58,226 nt of DNA from an uncultured Lentisphaeria bacterium (GCA_937900075.1 CALCCZ010000102.1:1-58226), one strand, 5' to 3'. Shown: positions 28,238 to 38,383, counted from the stretch's first letter. Numbers and translations are program-made. The notes: generated by a model from the sequence alone, not told the origin.

Positions 28238-28717
28238 ATGCGGAAATATCTCTTTCTTCCTGCGCTGCTGCCGGCAGTCTGTCTCTTCCTTTCCGGCTGT
28301 ATTGTGCAGGACTGGTATCATGATATCGTTTACCGGAATGCACCGCTCCCGACAAAACCGATCGCCCCGCCAGTCAAACCGGATCCCGGAGAATACACAG
28401 ATGCCCAAGCGGTAAATTATATCGCAGACAACCTCTTGTTTCTCTTTGCAACTATGTCCGAGAACGGGAAACCGGAGGTACATTATACGGCAAGCGCGAC
28501 CGGCGCAGATGACGGCATGGGGGAACGGTTGTACCGGGAACTTCTGGATTCCGGAGCAATTGTAAAAACAGCCGGTACGGCATCATCATGTTTGCTCTTT
28601 TCGGTTCGAACAGATAATCAATGGAACGTAACGCTGGAAGAACAGAAAACCCGGAAGGTGTTGTTCAACCGGACTCTGAAATTAAAGAACGGAAAAGACG
28701 GAAAGGCTCTACCATGA
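28238..28717 (+). CDS. Lipoprotein of unknown function
   Basis: MRKYLFLPALLPAVCLFLSGC lipobox (LSGC). The internal ATG at 28238 is preferred over the track start at 28049. Confidence 0.65.
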   Translation: MRKYLFLPALLPAVCLFLSGCIVQDWYHDIVYRNAPLPTKPIAPPVKPDPGEYTDAQAVNYIADNLLFLFATMSENGKPEVHYTASATGADDGMGERLYRELLDSGAIVKTAGTASSCLLFSVRTDNQWNVTLEEQKTRKVLFNRTLKLKNGKDGKALP

Positions 28718-29238
28718 CGCGACAGGAACGTACAGAACTTTTGACAATGGAAGATACGGAACTGCTCATGCTTTGTGAACAGTCGTTCCGGAAAGGCAGC
28801 GGAAACGGCGGACAGAAAGTAAACAAAACGTCTTCGGCAGTAAGGCTTTTCCATGCGGAAACGGGAATTACCGTGAATTGTCTGGAATCCCGCAGTCAAA
28901 GCGTAAACCGTACACTCGCCTTGAAAAAATTACGCTTCCGTATCGCCTGTTCGGAACGCTGCGAACCGGCCGGGAATTTCCGGCTGGAGCCTGCGCCGTC
29001 TCTCAGAAACCGGGCATATATCCCCTGGATCGCCTCTTTGTTCGATGTTCTGGCAGTTTGTGACTGGGATCTGAAAACGGCAGCCACTCGTTTAGGCTCA
29101 AGCCACAGCAAGCTGCAGAAGCTCCTGCGTCGGGATGCGTCTTTGTGGCGCGAATACCTTCATGCGTCCGGCGGAATAAACAGAAATGAAGAAAATCTTA
29201 TCGATATAAAGCAGACAGGAAAGGATTCTGAAAAATGA
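28714..29238 (+). CDS. Release-factor-like GGQ-domain protein with a Fis-type HTH-like C-terminal region
   Basis: GSGNGGQKVNKTSSAVRLFH (RF-1/ArfB-type GGQ core). C-terminal DLKTAATRLGSSHSKLQKLLRRD resembles the xAAxxLGxxxxxLxxKL HTH_8 pattern. ATGA couplings at both ends (28714, 29235). Confidence 0.7.
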   Translation: MTRQERTELLTMEDTELLMLCEQSFRKGSGNGGQKVNKTSSAVRLFHAETGITVNCLESRSQSVNRTLALKKLRFRIACSERCEPAGNFRLEPAPSLRNRAYIPWIASLFDVLAVCDWDLKTAATRLGSSHSKLQKLLRRDASLWREYLHASGGINRNEENLIDIKQTGKDSEK

Positions 29239-30059
29239 CATTCATGGAACAATTGAAAACGGCATGGCGGAAAAACAACTCCTTAGTATGTGTGGGGCTG
29301 GACCCGGATCTGAAAAAAATGCCGCAATGCGTAATGACGGAAAAATATCCGGTATTCGCATTCAATAAAGCAATCATTGATGCTACGAAAGACTACGTCT
29401 GCTCGTACAAGCCACAAGCCGCAATGTATGCCGGTATGGATGTGGAAGCAGAACTGAAAATGACGATTGATTACATCCATGAAAATGTACCCGGCATCCC
29501 CGTGATTCTGGATGCAAAACGCGCAGATATCGGAAATACAACCGCCATGTACGCAAAAGAGGCTTTCGAACGCTATCAGGCAGATGCCGTTACCGTCAAT
29601 CCATACATGGGCATGGATGCGCTGAAACCTTTTCTGGACCATGCGGACAAGGGAATCGTTGTGCTTTGCCGTACATCCAATAACGGCGCAAAAGAAATCC
29701 AGGAACTGCGTCTGGAATCCGGCGAACTGCTGTACCAGCGTGTCGCAAAACTGATCTCACAGGATTGGAACTACAACGGCAATACAATGCTTGTCGCCGG
29801 TGCTACTTTTCCCGAAGAACTCGGACAAATTCGGAAAATCGTCGGAAACACACCCTTGCTGGTTCCCGGAATCGGCGCTCAGGGCGGAGATCTCGAAGGC
29901 GTACTGAAGAACGGACTGACGGCTGATGGTACGGGATTGGTTATCAATTCCTCCCGTGGCATCATTTATGCCTCAGCAGGAACCGATTTTGCGGAAGCAG
30001 CGGGCGCAGCGGCAAAAACACTGCGCAACCAGATTAACGCGTACCGCACAGCAGAATAA
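29235..30059 (+). CDS. pyrF: Orotidine-5'-phosphate decarboxylase, type 2
   Basis: NNSLVCVGLDPD, ILDAKRADIGNT, LLVPGIGAQGG. Confidence 0.9.
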   Translation: MTFMEQLKTAWRKNNSLVCVGLDPDLKKMPQCVMTEKYPVFAFNKAIIDATKDYVCSYKPQAAMYAGMDVEAELKMTIDYIHENVPGIPVILDAKRADIGNTTAMYAKEAFERYQADAVTVNPYMGMDALKPFLDHADKGIVVLCRTSNNGAKEIQELRLESGELLYQRVAKLISQDWNYNGNTMLVAGATFPEELGQIRKIVGNTPLLVPGIGAQGGDLEGVLKNGLTADGTGLVINSSRGIIYASAGTDFAEAAGAAAKTLRNQINAYRTAE

Positions 30060-30071
30060 CCTTTCTTCATA

Positions 30072-30105
30072 GAAGTCCCCGAAAATCTACTTTCCGGGGA
30101 ACTTC
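30072..30105. terminator. Hairpin terminator between convergent pyrF and NAT genes
   Basis: GAAGTCCCCG / CGGGGAACTTC stem (one bulge). Confidence 0.55.
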
Positions 30106-30121
30106 ATGCTCCGCTGACTGA

Positions 30122-30937
30122 CTACCGGACAGCACGCTCAAACTTGTCAATGACAATACCGAAATTCTCTTTCAGAACGGACGGAATATCTGTAATGTCA
30201 ATTGGAGTGTCCTCTACGCTCCCGTCCGGAAGTGACGTGCGGAGAAGATATCCGCCGTCTTCACTGGTCTTATCCTCAATACTGACGCGTCCGTTTTCCG
30301 TATAGATGTGCGCCATCAGCTGCCGGCAGAAAACAGACTCCGGAGCCGAGGAACAGTAATAATGCACGTAGAAAAAATCCTGCGGAAAATGCGGATCCGG
30401 CGTAAAAGAAAAATAAGGCACGAATCCCTCCGCAACAGCCGTTTCCACCACAAAACCAAACCGGGAATCACGAACAATCCGGTAATCACGACCATTCCGG
30501 GGCTGAATGAGGTCCTCCTGAAATTTCAGCGGATGCAAAGGGCAGAGACATCCCACACCCGCATCCACAAGAAATGCAGCTCCCTCGGCAAAAACTTTCA
30601 AAATCCGATGTCGTCTCAGGGGAATCGCGTCAGGACATCCAAAATGCCAACGGGCAAAGTATTCTTCCACTCCATAGCCGAGCGAACGCAGCAGTTCGGC
30701 GAGCAAGCCATTCAGTTCAAAACAGAACCCGCCGCGTTTTTTGACAATAATCCGGTCAAACATATCCGGGATTTCCAGGGAAGACGGTCCTTTCCCTGCG
30801 ACAAAATCAATATTTTCGTAGGGAATATGTTTTAAATGACCTTCCTGTAAACGGGCGAGATTTTCTATTGACACCTCAGCAGCATCCTCGCACCCGATAC
30901 GCTTCAAATATGCTTCAATCATTGTCCGGTTCATCAT
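30122..30937 (-). CDS. Arylamine N-acetyltransferase (NAT)
   Basis: HLKHIPYENIDF, RGGFCFELNGLLAELLRSLGY (catalytic Cys context), 271 aa. Confidence 0.85.
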   Translation of the reverse strand: MMNRTMIEAYLKRIGCEDAAEVSIENLARLQEGHLKHIPYENIDFVAGKGPSSLEIPDMFDRIIVKKRGGFCFELNGLLAELLRSLGYGVEEYFARWHFGCPDAIPLRRHRILKVFAEGAAFLVDAGVGCLCPLHPLKFQEDLIQPRNGRDYRIVRDSRFGFVVETAVAEGFVPYFSFTPDPHFPQDFFYVHYYCSSAPESVFCRQLMAHIYTENGRVSIEDKTSEDGGYLLRTSLPDGSVEDTPIDITDIPSVLKENFGIVIDKFERAVR

Positions 30938-31060
30938 TTTATACCTCCAAAACGTTGTTCCGTCGTATTTTTATTTTCTGTGCAGAATCAGCATACACTA
31001 CATCACAGAAAATCATTTTTCAAGCAAAAATACAACGAAAACGCATTTATAACCACTCAA

Positions 31061-31144
31061 CTATATAGGTCCTATTTTTCCAGTCCATCCGCACAATCAC
31101 GAAAATGCCACAGCATATTCCATGCACCTATCCCAATCACAACC
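31061..31144 (+). repeat. Composite intergenic repeat, copy C
   Basis: CTATATAGGTCCTATTTTTCC, then CCATCCGCACAATCACGAAAA, then CCTATCCCAATCAC. Confidence 0.5.
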
Positions 31145-31158
31145 ATATCTTACACTGT

Positions 31159-31205
31159 AAAAAAGCGGTCCGGGATACTGGTATTCTCCCGGACCTGCTT
31201 TTTCG
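31159..31205. terminator. Bidirectional terminator downstream of the PhoH-like gene
   Basis: AGCGGTCCGGGA / TCCCGGACCTGCT stem (one mismatch), flanked by A6 and T5. Confidence 0.55.
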
Positions 31206-31225
31206 GTTTTACAAAACTACAAGGC

Positions 31226-32548
31226 TTACAAGACTTCAGCTGCGGCGGATGCCAGCGGGCTTCTCTCGCTCTTCTGCAGAGTAATATGTCCGCAGATGGA
31301 CAGACCTTTCATACGCTCCACAATATAGCTCAGACCATTGCTGGAGGCATCCAGATACGGATTATCAATCTGGTCGGGGTCACCCGTAAGAACGATTTTC
31401 GTATCCACGCCGCAACGGCTGACGATTGTTTTAACCTCGTGCGGGGTCAGGTTCTGCGCCTCATCCACAATCACATACTGACGCGGAATCGTTCTGCCGC
31501 GGATATACGTCAGCGCTTCGAGTTCCAATTTGCGGTTGCGTTTCATCTCTTCAATCTGACGTTTGGCGCCGGAATCACGCTTTTCAGTCTGCAGCAGGTA
31601 TTCCAGATTATCATAAATCGGCTGCATCCAGACATCCAGTTTGGCATCCTTGTCACCCGGCAGGAACCCGATATCATTTCCAAGCGGAACGATTGGACGG
31701 GATACCAGTATACGTTCATAGATTCCCTGCTGAATAGTCAGTTCCAAAGCGGCTGCCAGAGCAAGAAGCGTCTTCCCGCTACCCGCCTTTCCGACCAATG
31801 TTACCAGCGGAATGGATGGGTCCATCAGAAGATGAAGCGCCATGCGCTGTTCCCGGCTCCGCGGTACGATATTCCATACCTTGCCTGCAGTATTTTCGGG
31901 TAATTTTTCAATCCGGTTGTCACGACACCAGCCGAATGCGGCATGTTTGGAATTGCCGGCATCCTTCAGAAGAATGAACTCATTGGGCTGCAGTTCCAGT
32001 CCCTGCGGTACAGGAATGGATTTCTCCTGATGCAGGCTGTCAACAAGTTCACCGGAAACATCCACTTCCTGACTGCCTGTAAACAATGTGTCGTAATCCA
32101 CTTTTTCACGTTCAAAATCCTGAACTTTAATTCCGAATGCATCGGCTTTCAACCGGACATTGATGTCCTTGGTTATCAGGATAACTTCTTTTCCCCCGTT
32201 GTTGCGCAGCATCTTTGCAACATTCATAATCCGGTTGTCCGGAATACTCATGTCGATGTTTTCATCCAGTCTGCCATGGCTGACCATTACACGCAGAGTA
32301 CCGCATTTGTCCGGATCCGGGGAATTACAGAGCTTCACACCCTCATAAAGACTGCCAGTGGCGCGCAATTCATCTAAACGCCGGATAACATGACGTGCAT
32401 TTCTGCCAAGTTCATCCTGATTGCGTTTGAATTTGTCCAGTTCCTCCAGAACTGTCATGGGAATGACAATTTCATTGTCTTCGAAGCTGCTCAAGGCGGC
32501 TGCGCTGTGAAGCAAAACATTTGTGTCAAGAACGAAGATCTTTTTCAT
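31226..32548 (-). CDS. PIN-domain + PhoH-like ATPase (YlaK-type)
   Basis: N-terminal PIN (FVLDTNVLLH...VLEELD). Walker A GKAGSGKT. PhoH C-terminal VVDEAQNLTPHEVKTIVSR and GDPDQID. GGAGGTG RBS. Confidence 0.9.
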   Translation of the reverse strand: MKKIFVLDTNVLLHSAAALSSFEDNEIVIPMTVLEELDKFKRNQDELGRNARHVIRRLDELRATGSLYEGVKLCNSPDPDKCGTLRVMVSHGRLDENIDMSIPDNRIMNVAKMLRNNGGKEVILITKDINVRLKADAFGIKVQDFEREKVDYDTLFTGSQEVDVSGELVDSLHQEKSIPVPQGLELQPNEFILLKDAGNSKHAAFGWCRDNRIEKLPENTAGKVWNIVPRSREQRMALHLLMDPSIPLVTLVGKAGSGKTLLALAAALELTIQQGIYERILVSRPIVPLGNDIGFLPGDKDAKLDVWMQPIYDNLEYLLQTEKRDSGAKRQIEEMKRNRKLELEALTYIRGRTIPRQYVIVDEAQNLTPHEVKTIVSRCGVDTKIVLTGDPDQIDNPYLDASSNGLSYIVERMKGLSICGHITLQKSERSPLASAAAEVL

Positions 32549-32795
32549 ACTGCACCTCCATGGGATTTGGTTTTGCGTTCAACTGCCTGCAAATCACTTT
32601 GCACAATCAAACAACATTTCTGATTCCTGGTAACCCGCGGTTGATTGATAACTCAACACAGGTGGCTGCTAAAATTCTTCACTTCTCAATGTAGATTACA
32701 TCCCGATTTTCAACATTACAAGCTCATTTTTGCAAAAATTGATGATTTTATTGTAATTTTTCCCAAATATTCAGCATTTTTTTGCATACCGCATT

Positions 32796-32955
32796 CCTAT
32801 CCACTATCCACTAACCGATTTTCCCAACGGAGCGGTACGCCTCTTTCACGGGCAGATTGCAGAAAAAAAAACGGAGTTTCCCGACTCAAAAGAAAATAGG
32901 TCTTATAGGTCTGCCACACATAACCTCCACAAACTAACCACATTCCCCTAACCCC
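32796..32955 (+). repeat. Composite intergenic repeat, copy D
   Basis: CCTATCCACTATCCACTAACC (32796), AAAATAGGTCTTATAGGTCTG (32893), CATTCCCCTAACCCC (32941). A degenerate CATCCCG...box lies at about 32708. Confidence 0.5.
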
Positions 32956-33048
32956 AAGGCCCAAAACCTACACGGAGATTGCTACAGGCAGCGCATCCCC
33001 GTGTTTGCATCAGGTCAATAAACATACGTGGGCGACAAAAGCAGTCAT

Positions 33049-35277
33049 TTATCCCTGCTGACTTGGAATCATGCGGAATTCACCCGGCTGCAGAGTAACC
33101 GGTTCCTGTACTCCGAACTTATGAAGCACAAAAGAAACCGACTTGTCCGAATCACAATTGAACAGGCAGATTTTACCGGCCTCAGGGAAATAGGAGAAGG
33201 AAATGCGGCGGCAAGCCTTGCCGGTAATATTTCCGTCATCGGTAACATATACAGAAGGACGGTTTTCATTGGCTATATGGCGGTAAATCATGCCCAGCAG
33301 ACCGTGCGTACCAGGCTTGGAACCAGGTCCGTTGTCCGTGGCAAAGGTACCGGGATAGGTCCAGGCTGCAAGGGTATAAACCTTTCCTTTTCCGAGCTTG
33401 TGCAGAGTAACTACGGGACGTTCCTCCTCGTCATCCACTGCCAGGAGTTCCAGTTCCTTGTCAGTAATCTCAATATCCGCCAGCGGATTGTAAAGGACAC
33501 CGAAACGGCGCGGGAAACGGAACCCGAGTTTGTCCTGTCCGAGCGGAGCAGTCACCCAATAAATGCGACCGCCTTTTTTTCTGACCCGGAAGCCGCAAAG
33601 TTCAGAGAAATCACCGCCGTTGACAAGTTTTTCAACGGAGTAATCAAGATCACGCGTTTCATCCGTGGACAACTGTGCAACGGAAATGAAAAGAACACCG
33701 CCAGCTTTGACGTAATCCGTAAGAATTTTATACTGCTCCGCGCTGCAGGTGTTCCAGCCGGTAAAAAGCAGTGCTTTGTACTGTTTGGCAAGTTTTTCCG
33801 CATTGACGGCATCTTTTGCAAAGCTCACGATATCCACCTGACCATAAGGCGTACCGGACAGCTGGATATTCACGTATTCTCCGGTCACATCCTCGCAGGG
33901 GAAGAATATGTCTCTCGCAACCGTCCACCCCTGCTCCGGTGCGCACTGATACCAGCTGGGATTCTTTTCTGCGATTGGGAACATGCCGGCAACAACTGCA
34001 CCCGGCTCTGAGGAGCCGTGTGACAGGTCATAATTTCCCTTTACGAGTCCCAGAACGGTTTCCGGCTGACCTTCCGGCGTGCCATTTGCCTTGACAAAGT
34101 TCCAGAAATCGGAAATGATTTCACGGTATTTACGGCAAATCGGGGAAGTGTAATCCAGCTGGGGGAAGTATTCTTTCGCTTCCGCAAGATATTTTTTCAT
34201 CCGGGCGGGATCATCGTGAATCATCTGTTTTGCACCACCCCAGCCGATAATGCCGACATCTTTCCGTGCTGTCTGAGGCACCAGGAATTTTGGAGAATCG
34301 GGCGACAGGGTATGTTCCACAAACCAGTTTCCGCTTTCATTGATAATCATTTTACTTCCTGCCATGTATTTCAGGTAGAAAGCAGCGCGCAGTTCATCCC
34401 AGCGGTATTTTTCACTGTTCGGAAGCCAGGAATAGTGTTCATGTGCCAGATGAGAACCCCAAATTGGCAGATCATGCTGACGGTACAGACCACGGGACAG
34501 AGCTGTAGATACATTCAAATTGGCAAATGCGAAATCTTCCACAAGCGGAACATCCGCACCGCCCAACACCTCGTAATCCAGAGAGAAATTCGAACTTGTC
34601 GCCATCACCAGTCCCCAACCGGCGGCATGACGTTCATCCGTATGACTGCGCACCCGGGCAATCAAATCATCGGCTAATGCGCCTAAACGGACTTCCTGGC
34701 CTGCGGCAAGCATTTTTTCCGCAGTGTCCAGGCGGAAAGTGTACCGTTCCCCGAAGTCATATCCCAGGTAATGATCCCCGCCAACCTCGTTCATTCCCTG
34801 AATCCATTGCGGTTCCGCATTCGTATAGATAAGGCAGGTGTAAATATCCCGTTTCTTCGCCTCCCGGATAAAACGCACTAACCCGGCTCCGAAACGGTCC
34901 TTGTTCGCCTCGAAAACTTCCGCATATTCATCGCAAAGCAAATTACGGTAATTCTCCCAGTCCGGTGCGGGAATGTCAATGCCGATCTCATCCAGGGCAT
35001 AGAACCAGTCCGCCCGCAGTTTCGGAGAAAATCCGCGCGCAATTCCCCATACCTGCGCCAGATTCCCCTGATTGTCTTCCAATATCTTCTCTATCTGTTC
35101 CAGAACATCAAAATGCTGACACTGCCAAGTATAGTGCCCCAGCATAGTGGACAGCAGGGTATCCGTATCCGTCGGATAAATGCCGGATCCTACAAATATA
35201 CCGCATTCCGGCAGTTTGACTGATTTTCTGCAGTGGACTGCTGTTTCCGTTTTTTTGTTCTCTTCTGCGTTTTCCAT
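33049..35277 (-). CDS. Large (742 aa) cytoplasmic protein of unknown function; possibly glycosidase-like with a GH42-type trimerisation (GATase1-like) segment
   Basis: Long uninterrupted ORF with an AAGGAAAAG RBS and no signal peptide. The ALLFTGWNTCSAEQYKILTDYVKAGGVLFISVAQ segment resembles the GH42 middle domain. Function is not established. Confidence 0.55.
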   Translation of the reverse strand: MENAEENKKTETAVHCRKSVKLPECGIFVGSGIYPTDTDTLLSTMLGHYTWQCQHFDVLEQIEKILEDNQGNLAQVWGIARGFSPKLRADWFYALDEIGIDIPAPDWENYRNLLCDEYAEVFEANKDRFGAGLVRFIREAKKRDIYTCLIYTNAEPQWIQGMNEVGGDHYLGYDFGERYTFRLDTAEKMLAAGQEVRLGALADDLIARVRSHTDERHAAGWGLVMATSSNFSLDYEVLGGADVPLVEDFAFANLNVSTALSRGLYRQHDLPIWGSHLAHEHYSWLPNSEKYRWDELRAAFYLKYMAGSKMIINESGNWFVEHTLSPDSPKFLVPQTARKDVGIIGWGGAKQMIHDDPARMKKYLAEAKEYFPQLDYTSPICRKYREIISDFWNFVKANGTPEGQPETVLGLVKGNYDLSHGSSEPGAVVAGMFPIAEKNPSWYQCAPEQGWTVARDIFFPCEDVTGEYVNIQLSGTPYGQVDIVSFAKDAVNAEKLAKQYKALLFTGWNTCSAEQYKILTDYVKAGGVLFISVAQLSTDETRDLDYSVEKLVNGGDFSELCGFRVRKKGGRIYWVTAPLGQDKLGFRFPRRFGVLYNPLADIEITDKELELLAVDDEEERPVVTLHKLGKGKVYTLAAWTYPGTFATDNGPGSKPGTHGLLGMIYRHIANENRPSVYVTDDGNITGKACRRISFSYFPEAGKICLFNCDSDKSVSFVLHKFGVQEPVTLQPGEFRMIPSQQG

Positions 35278-35378
35278 TTTCTTTTCCTTATGGTTTGATG
35301 AGGAATCATGCGTTATTTTTATACCGCAGACGGGACGTCTTCTTCACCCGTAAAACATGCGGCAACTTTCTGATGATG

Positions 35379-37904
35379 TTACGGGCGTTCCGGCAGTTTT
35401 CGATTGATCATATCTGCCGTCCGGGAAGCAATTTCCGCATAACTGTCCTTCTCCTCCGGCAGGAATGCGGGCAAAAATGATATCCGGATACTGCGGAAAA
35501 GTTTCGGGAATACGTGTCCGCGCGGCAGAACCTCGTACAAACCGTCCAGAACGACCGGAACGATGGGAACATTCATCTCCTTTGCCAGAATCGCAAAAGT
35601 ATTCTTGAATACCCCCGTCTTCCCGTCGTGTGTGCGTGTTCCTTCCGGGAAAATTGTAACTTTTCTGCCACTGCGCAGCACTTCCGCCAATTTCTGCAGG
35701 GACCCTTTGATATCGGAGTTCACATCCACAACAATCACGTTATGACGCGATGCCATTCCCTGGGCATAACGGCTCGACACATGCCCCTGTTTCGCATAGA
35801 AAAAGGTGTTCTTCAACGTTTTGCTGTCAAACTGCGTCATCAGAAACGCACCGTCAAGATAACTCTGGTGATTGCACGCAAAAATACAGGGACCAGCCGG
35901 AATATTTTCCTTTCCCTCACTCTTCACCCGGAAGAAAAGATTCTGCACCAGCCACCGGAACGAATTGACCATCACCGGATGCGTCCACGCACAGGTGGGA
36001 AGCATCACTTTCACTTCTTCATTCAGAATATTTTTCCAGTTGAATTTTGCAATTTTCGCCCCGGATGAACCATGCTTCTCATGCAAAAACTGCGCCAGCG
36101 AGGCGGGCGTCGGATGATCCGCAAGCATTTCCTCCGTCAATTCCGCCTCAAACGACTCATTCAGAAATACCAGCATTGATACCTTCGCCAGAGAATCAAT
36201 CCCCAAATCGATCTCAAAATGATCATCCGGATGCACCGCCGTACATCCCTGCTCCTCCTTCAGAAAGTCCCGTATCACACGGTATTCCGGCAAATCCGGT
36301 TCCGGCGTTTCCACCCGTTTTGCGTCATCTGTGGCGGACTCAACGATCTGAGACAATTTGTGACGCTGCAGTTTTCCCAGACGGGTACGCGGGAACGGCG
36401 AAGAAACAAACGAACATTTCAATATCCGCATGTAGGGTTCTGTTTTCTGATTGTATTTGGCTATCACGTCCTGACGGATCGTTTCGGAAATGTTCACAAT
36501 CTTCGCAGCCGCACATGCCTTGAAATCCGGCAGAATAATCGCATTCAAAACGTCACCCTTGCCAATCACGGCGATTTCCGCTATCAAATTACTCTGTTGC
36601 TGAAGCTTCTCCTCAATCACTAATGGCGGTACATTCTTCCCGTTCGACAGAATAATCAGCTCCTTCTTGCGACCCGTGTAAAACAAATAGTTCTCTTCAT
36701 CCAGAAATCCCAGGTCACCCGTATGAAACCAGCCGTCCGGCTCAAACGCAGCCGCAGTTTCCTCCGGCTTCCGCCAGTAACTCTTAATAATGTTCTGTCC
36801 GCGCAGAAGGATTTCTCCGTCTTCCGCTATCTTGCACTCATTGCAGGTGCAGACCTGACCCGCTGAATCCCTTTTCGGTTTTCCCGGTCGCGTAAAAGCA
36901 ACCGTCGGTGACGCCTCGGACATGCCGCTGCCGGGCAACAACTCAAATCCAAGTGCCGCCAAATCATCATATACACTATAATCCAATGCTGCCCCGCCAG
37001 TGGGGAAATAACGGATGCTGCCGCCAAAGGCATTCTGAACTTTCCGGAACAGAAAACGACTGAATTTGATATTCCCGACCGCTTTCGATAACGCATAAAG
37101 CATCTTTGCTATCGGATTGGCGTTAATCTTCTTCAGCAGCGCATCCCGGAACAACTGGAATACCCGCGGAACCGCTATGAATATGGTAACATGATTGTCA
37201 TGCAATGCCTGTATGATATCAGGTCCGTTCAAAGACGGACAGAACACAATCTTCGTACCGGGTGTGTGCAGCGGCATAATCAGACAGCCCTGCAACGGAA
37301 GAATATGGTGGAATGGGAGCATCGCCAGGGTTGTCTGATTCGGCAGCCAAATCGGAACATCCTCGGTCATACACTTGTAGTTGCATTCCAGATTGTCAAA
37401 TGTCAGCATACACCCTTTCGCTGCTGAGGTCGTCCCGGATGTGTAAATCAGCAACGCAAGATCCTCATCCCGGTGTTCCGGCATAGGCGAAACATCGGAT
37501 TCGTCTTCCCAATTGGGTGTCAGTTTATCCAAATTCAGCAGAATCGGAGTCAGACCGGACATTTCTATTGCCTGACATGCCGTTTCCATTGTCTTATCGG
37601 AACAGAAAATCGCCTCCGGCTCACAGTCTTTGAGAATGTAAGCCACATCTTCTGCAGATGCCATGGCATCCACCGGAACTCCCACCGCACGATTCTTCCA
37701 GGCACTGAACAGCGCAGCAGCCCAATCGGGACGGTTCTCCGCCATAATGACCACCCGGTCTCCGGGACTCACAGCATAAAGACGCGCATAACGGGTTATG
37801 ACGGATAAAAGCTGTTTTCTCGTAATCTGCTCGGCACCGTTGATGAAACAAACTTCATCACTCGCCTGAAGATAATAACGGTATTGGGGTTCTACTATCA
37901 GCAT
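35379..37904 (-). CDS. Tri-domain fusion: AMP-dependent acyl synthetase - phosphopantetheine carrier domain - PlsC-type lysophospholipid acyltransferase
   Basis: LIYTSGTTSAAKG and GWFHTGDLG...GRKKELI (adenylation domain). IDLGIDSLAKV (carrier Ser). NHQSYLDG (HX4D) and FPEGTRT (acyltransferase). ATG at 37904 preceded by GGAG; the track start at 37970 is a TTG. Confidence 0.85.
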   Translation of the reverse strand: MLIVEPQYRYYLQASDEVCFINGAEQITRKQLLSVITRYARLYAVSPGDRVVIMAENRPDWAAALFSAWKNRAVGVPVDAMASAEDVAYILKDCEPEAIFCSDKTMETACQAIEMSGLTPILLNLDKLTPNWEDESDVSPMPEHRDEDLALLIYTSGTTSAAKGCMLTFDNLECNYKCMTEDVPIWLPNQTTLAMLPFHHILPLQGCLIMPLHTPGTKIVFCPSLNGPDIIQALHDNHVTIFIAVPRVFQLFRDALLKKINANPIAKMLYALSKAVGNIKFSRFLFRKVQNAFGGSIRYFPTGGAALDYSVYDDLAALGFELLPGSGMSEASPTVAFTRPGKPKRDSAGQVCTCNECKIAEDGEILLRGQNIIKSYWRKPEETAAAFEPDGWFHTGDLGFLDEENYLFYTGRKKELIILSNGKNVPPLVIEEKLQQQSNLIAEIAVIGKGDVLNAIILPDFKACAAAKIVNISETIRQDVIAKYNQKTEPYMRILKCSFVSSPFPRTRLGKLQRHKLSQIVESATDDAKRVETPEPDLPEYRVIRDFLKEEQGCTAVHPDDHFEIDLGIDSLAKVSMLVFLNESFEAELTEEMLADHPTPASLAQFLHEKHGSSGAKIAKFNWKNILNEEVKVMLPTCAWTHPVMVNSFRWLVQNLFFRVKSEGKENIPAGPCIFACNHQSYLDGAFLMTQFDSKTLKNTFFYAKQGHVSSRYAQGMASRHNVIVVDVNSDIKGSLQKLAEVLRSGRKVTIFPEGTRTHDGKTGVFKNTFAILAKEMNVPIVPVVLDGLYEVLPRGHVFPKLFRSIRISFLPAFLPEEKDSYAEIASRTADMINRKLPERP

Positions 37905-38354
37905 GGTACTACTCCATGGGTTACTCATTTTATTCCACAAAAATATAGCACAGCATGGAACGAAAATCAACAGAAAAAACAGCTTTGAGGACGAGAAAAC
38001 GGAAGTTTCTCTCGTTTACAACACATTCACAAAACTTTTAAAGCGAAAGATTAAAGGCGCCTCATCCTTATCAACATCCCGCATACAAAATGTTGTGTAC
38101 CGGTAGAGCCACGCTATCAGGGTCAGCGCTGCCGGAGTACCGGCATTTTCCTGTATTCGCCTGAATAAGCACAGGACTGAGAGTTCCTCAGTTTGACTTC
38201 AGCGGCATTAACCTTTAGACAAAAGAAATTGACAAAACGACCTTTTCGGAACGACATCCTCTTGTTTGAAAGAATGTCATCTCGCCTTATTGGGGCTAAT
38301 TTGAACTGAAAAAGGGGATATCCGTGGAAAAAATGATTTTTTTGCAAAAAACAG

Positions 38355-38383
38355 TTTGCATTTTCGCTAAGTCGGTGTAGATT
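38355..38383 (+). promoter_or_regulatory. Candidate promoter of the rplM-rpsI operon
   Basis: TTTGCA - 17 nt - TAGATT, about 130 nt upstream of the rplM ATG, leaving a leader able to form ACTGACAG/CTGGCAGT pairing. Confidence 0.3.

Noticed and set aside
38095-38150. tRNA-like fragment (GTACCGGTAGAGCC...)
   Set aside because: It has no T-loop (GTTCRANYC), and no acceptor or anticodon stems can be drawn. Only a terminator-like hairpin is supported.
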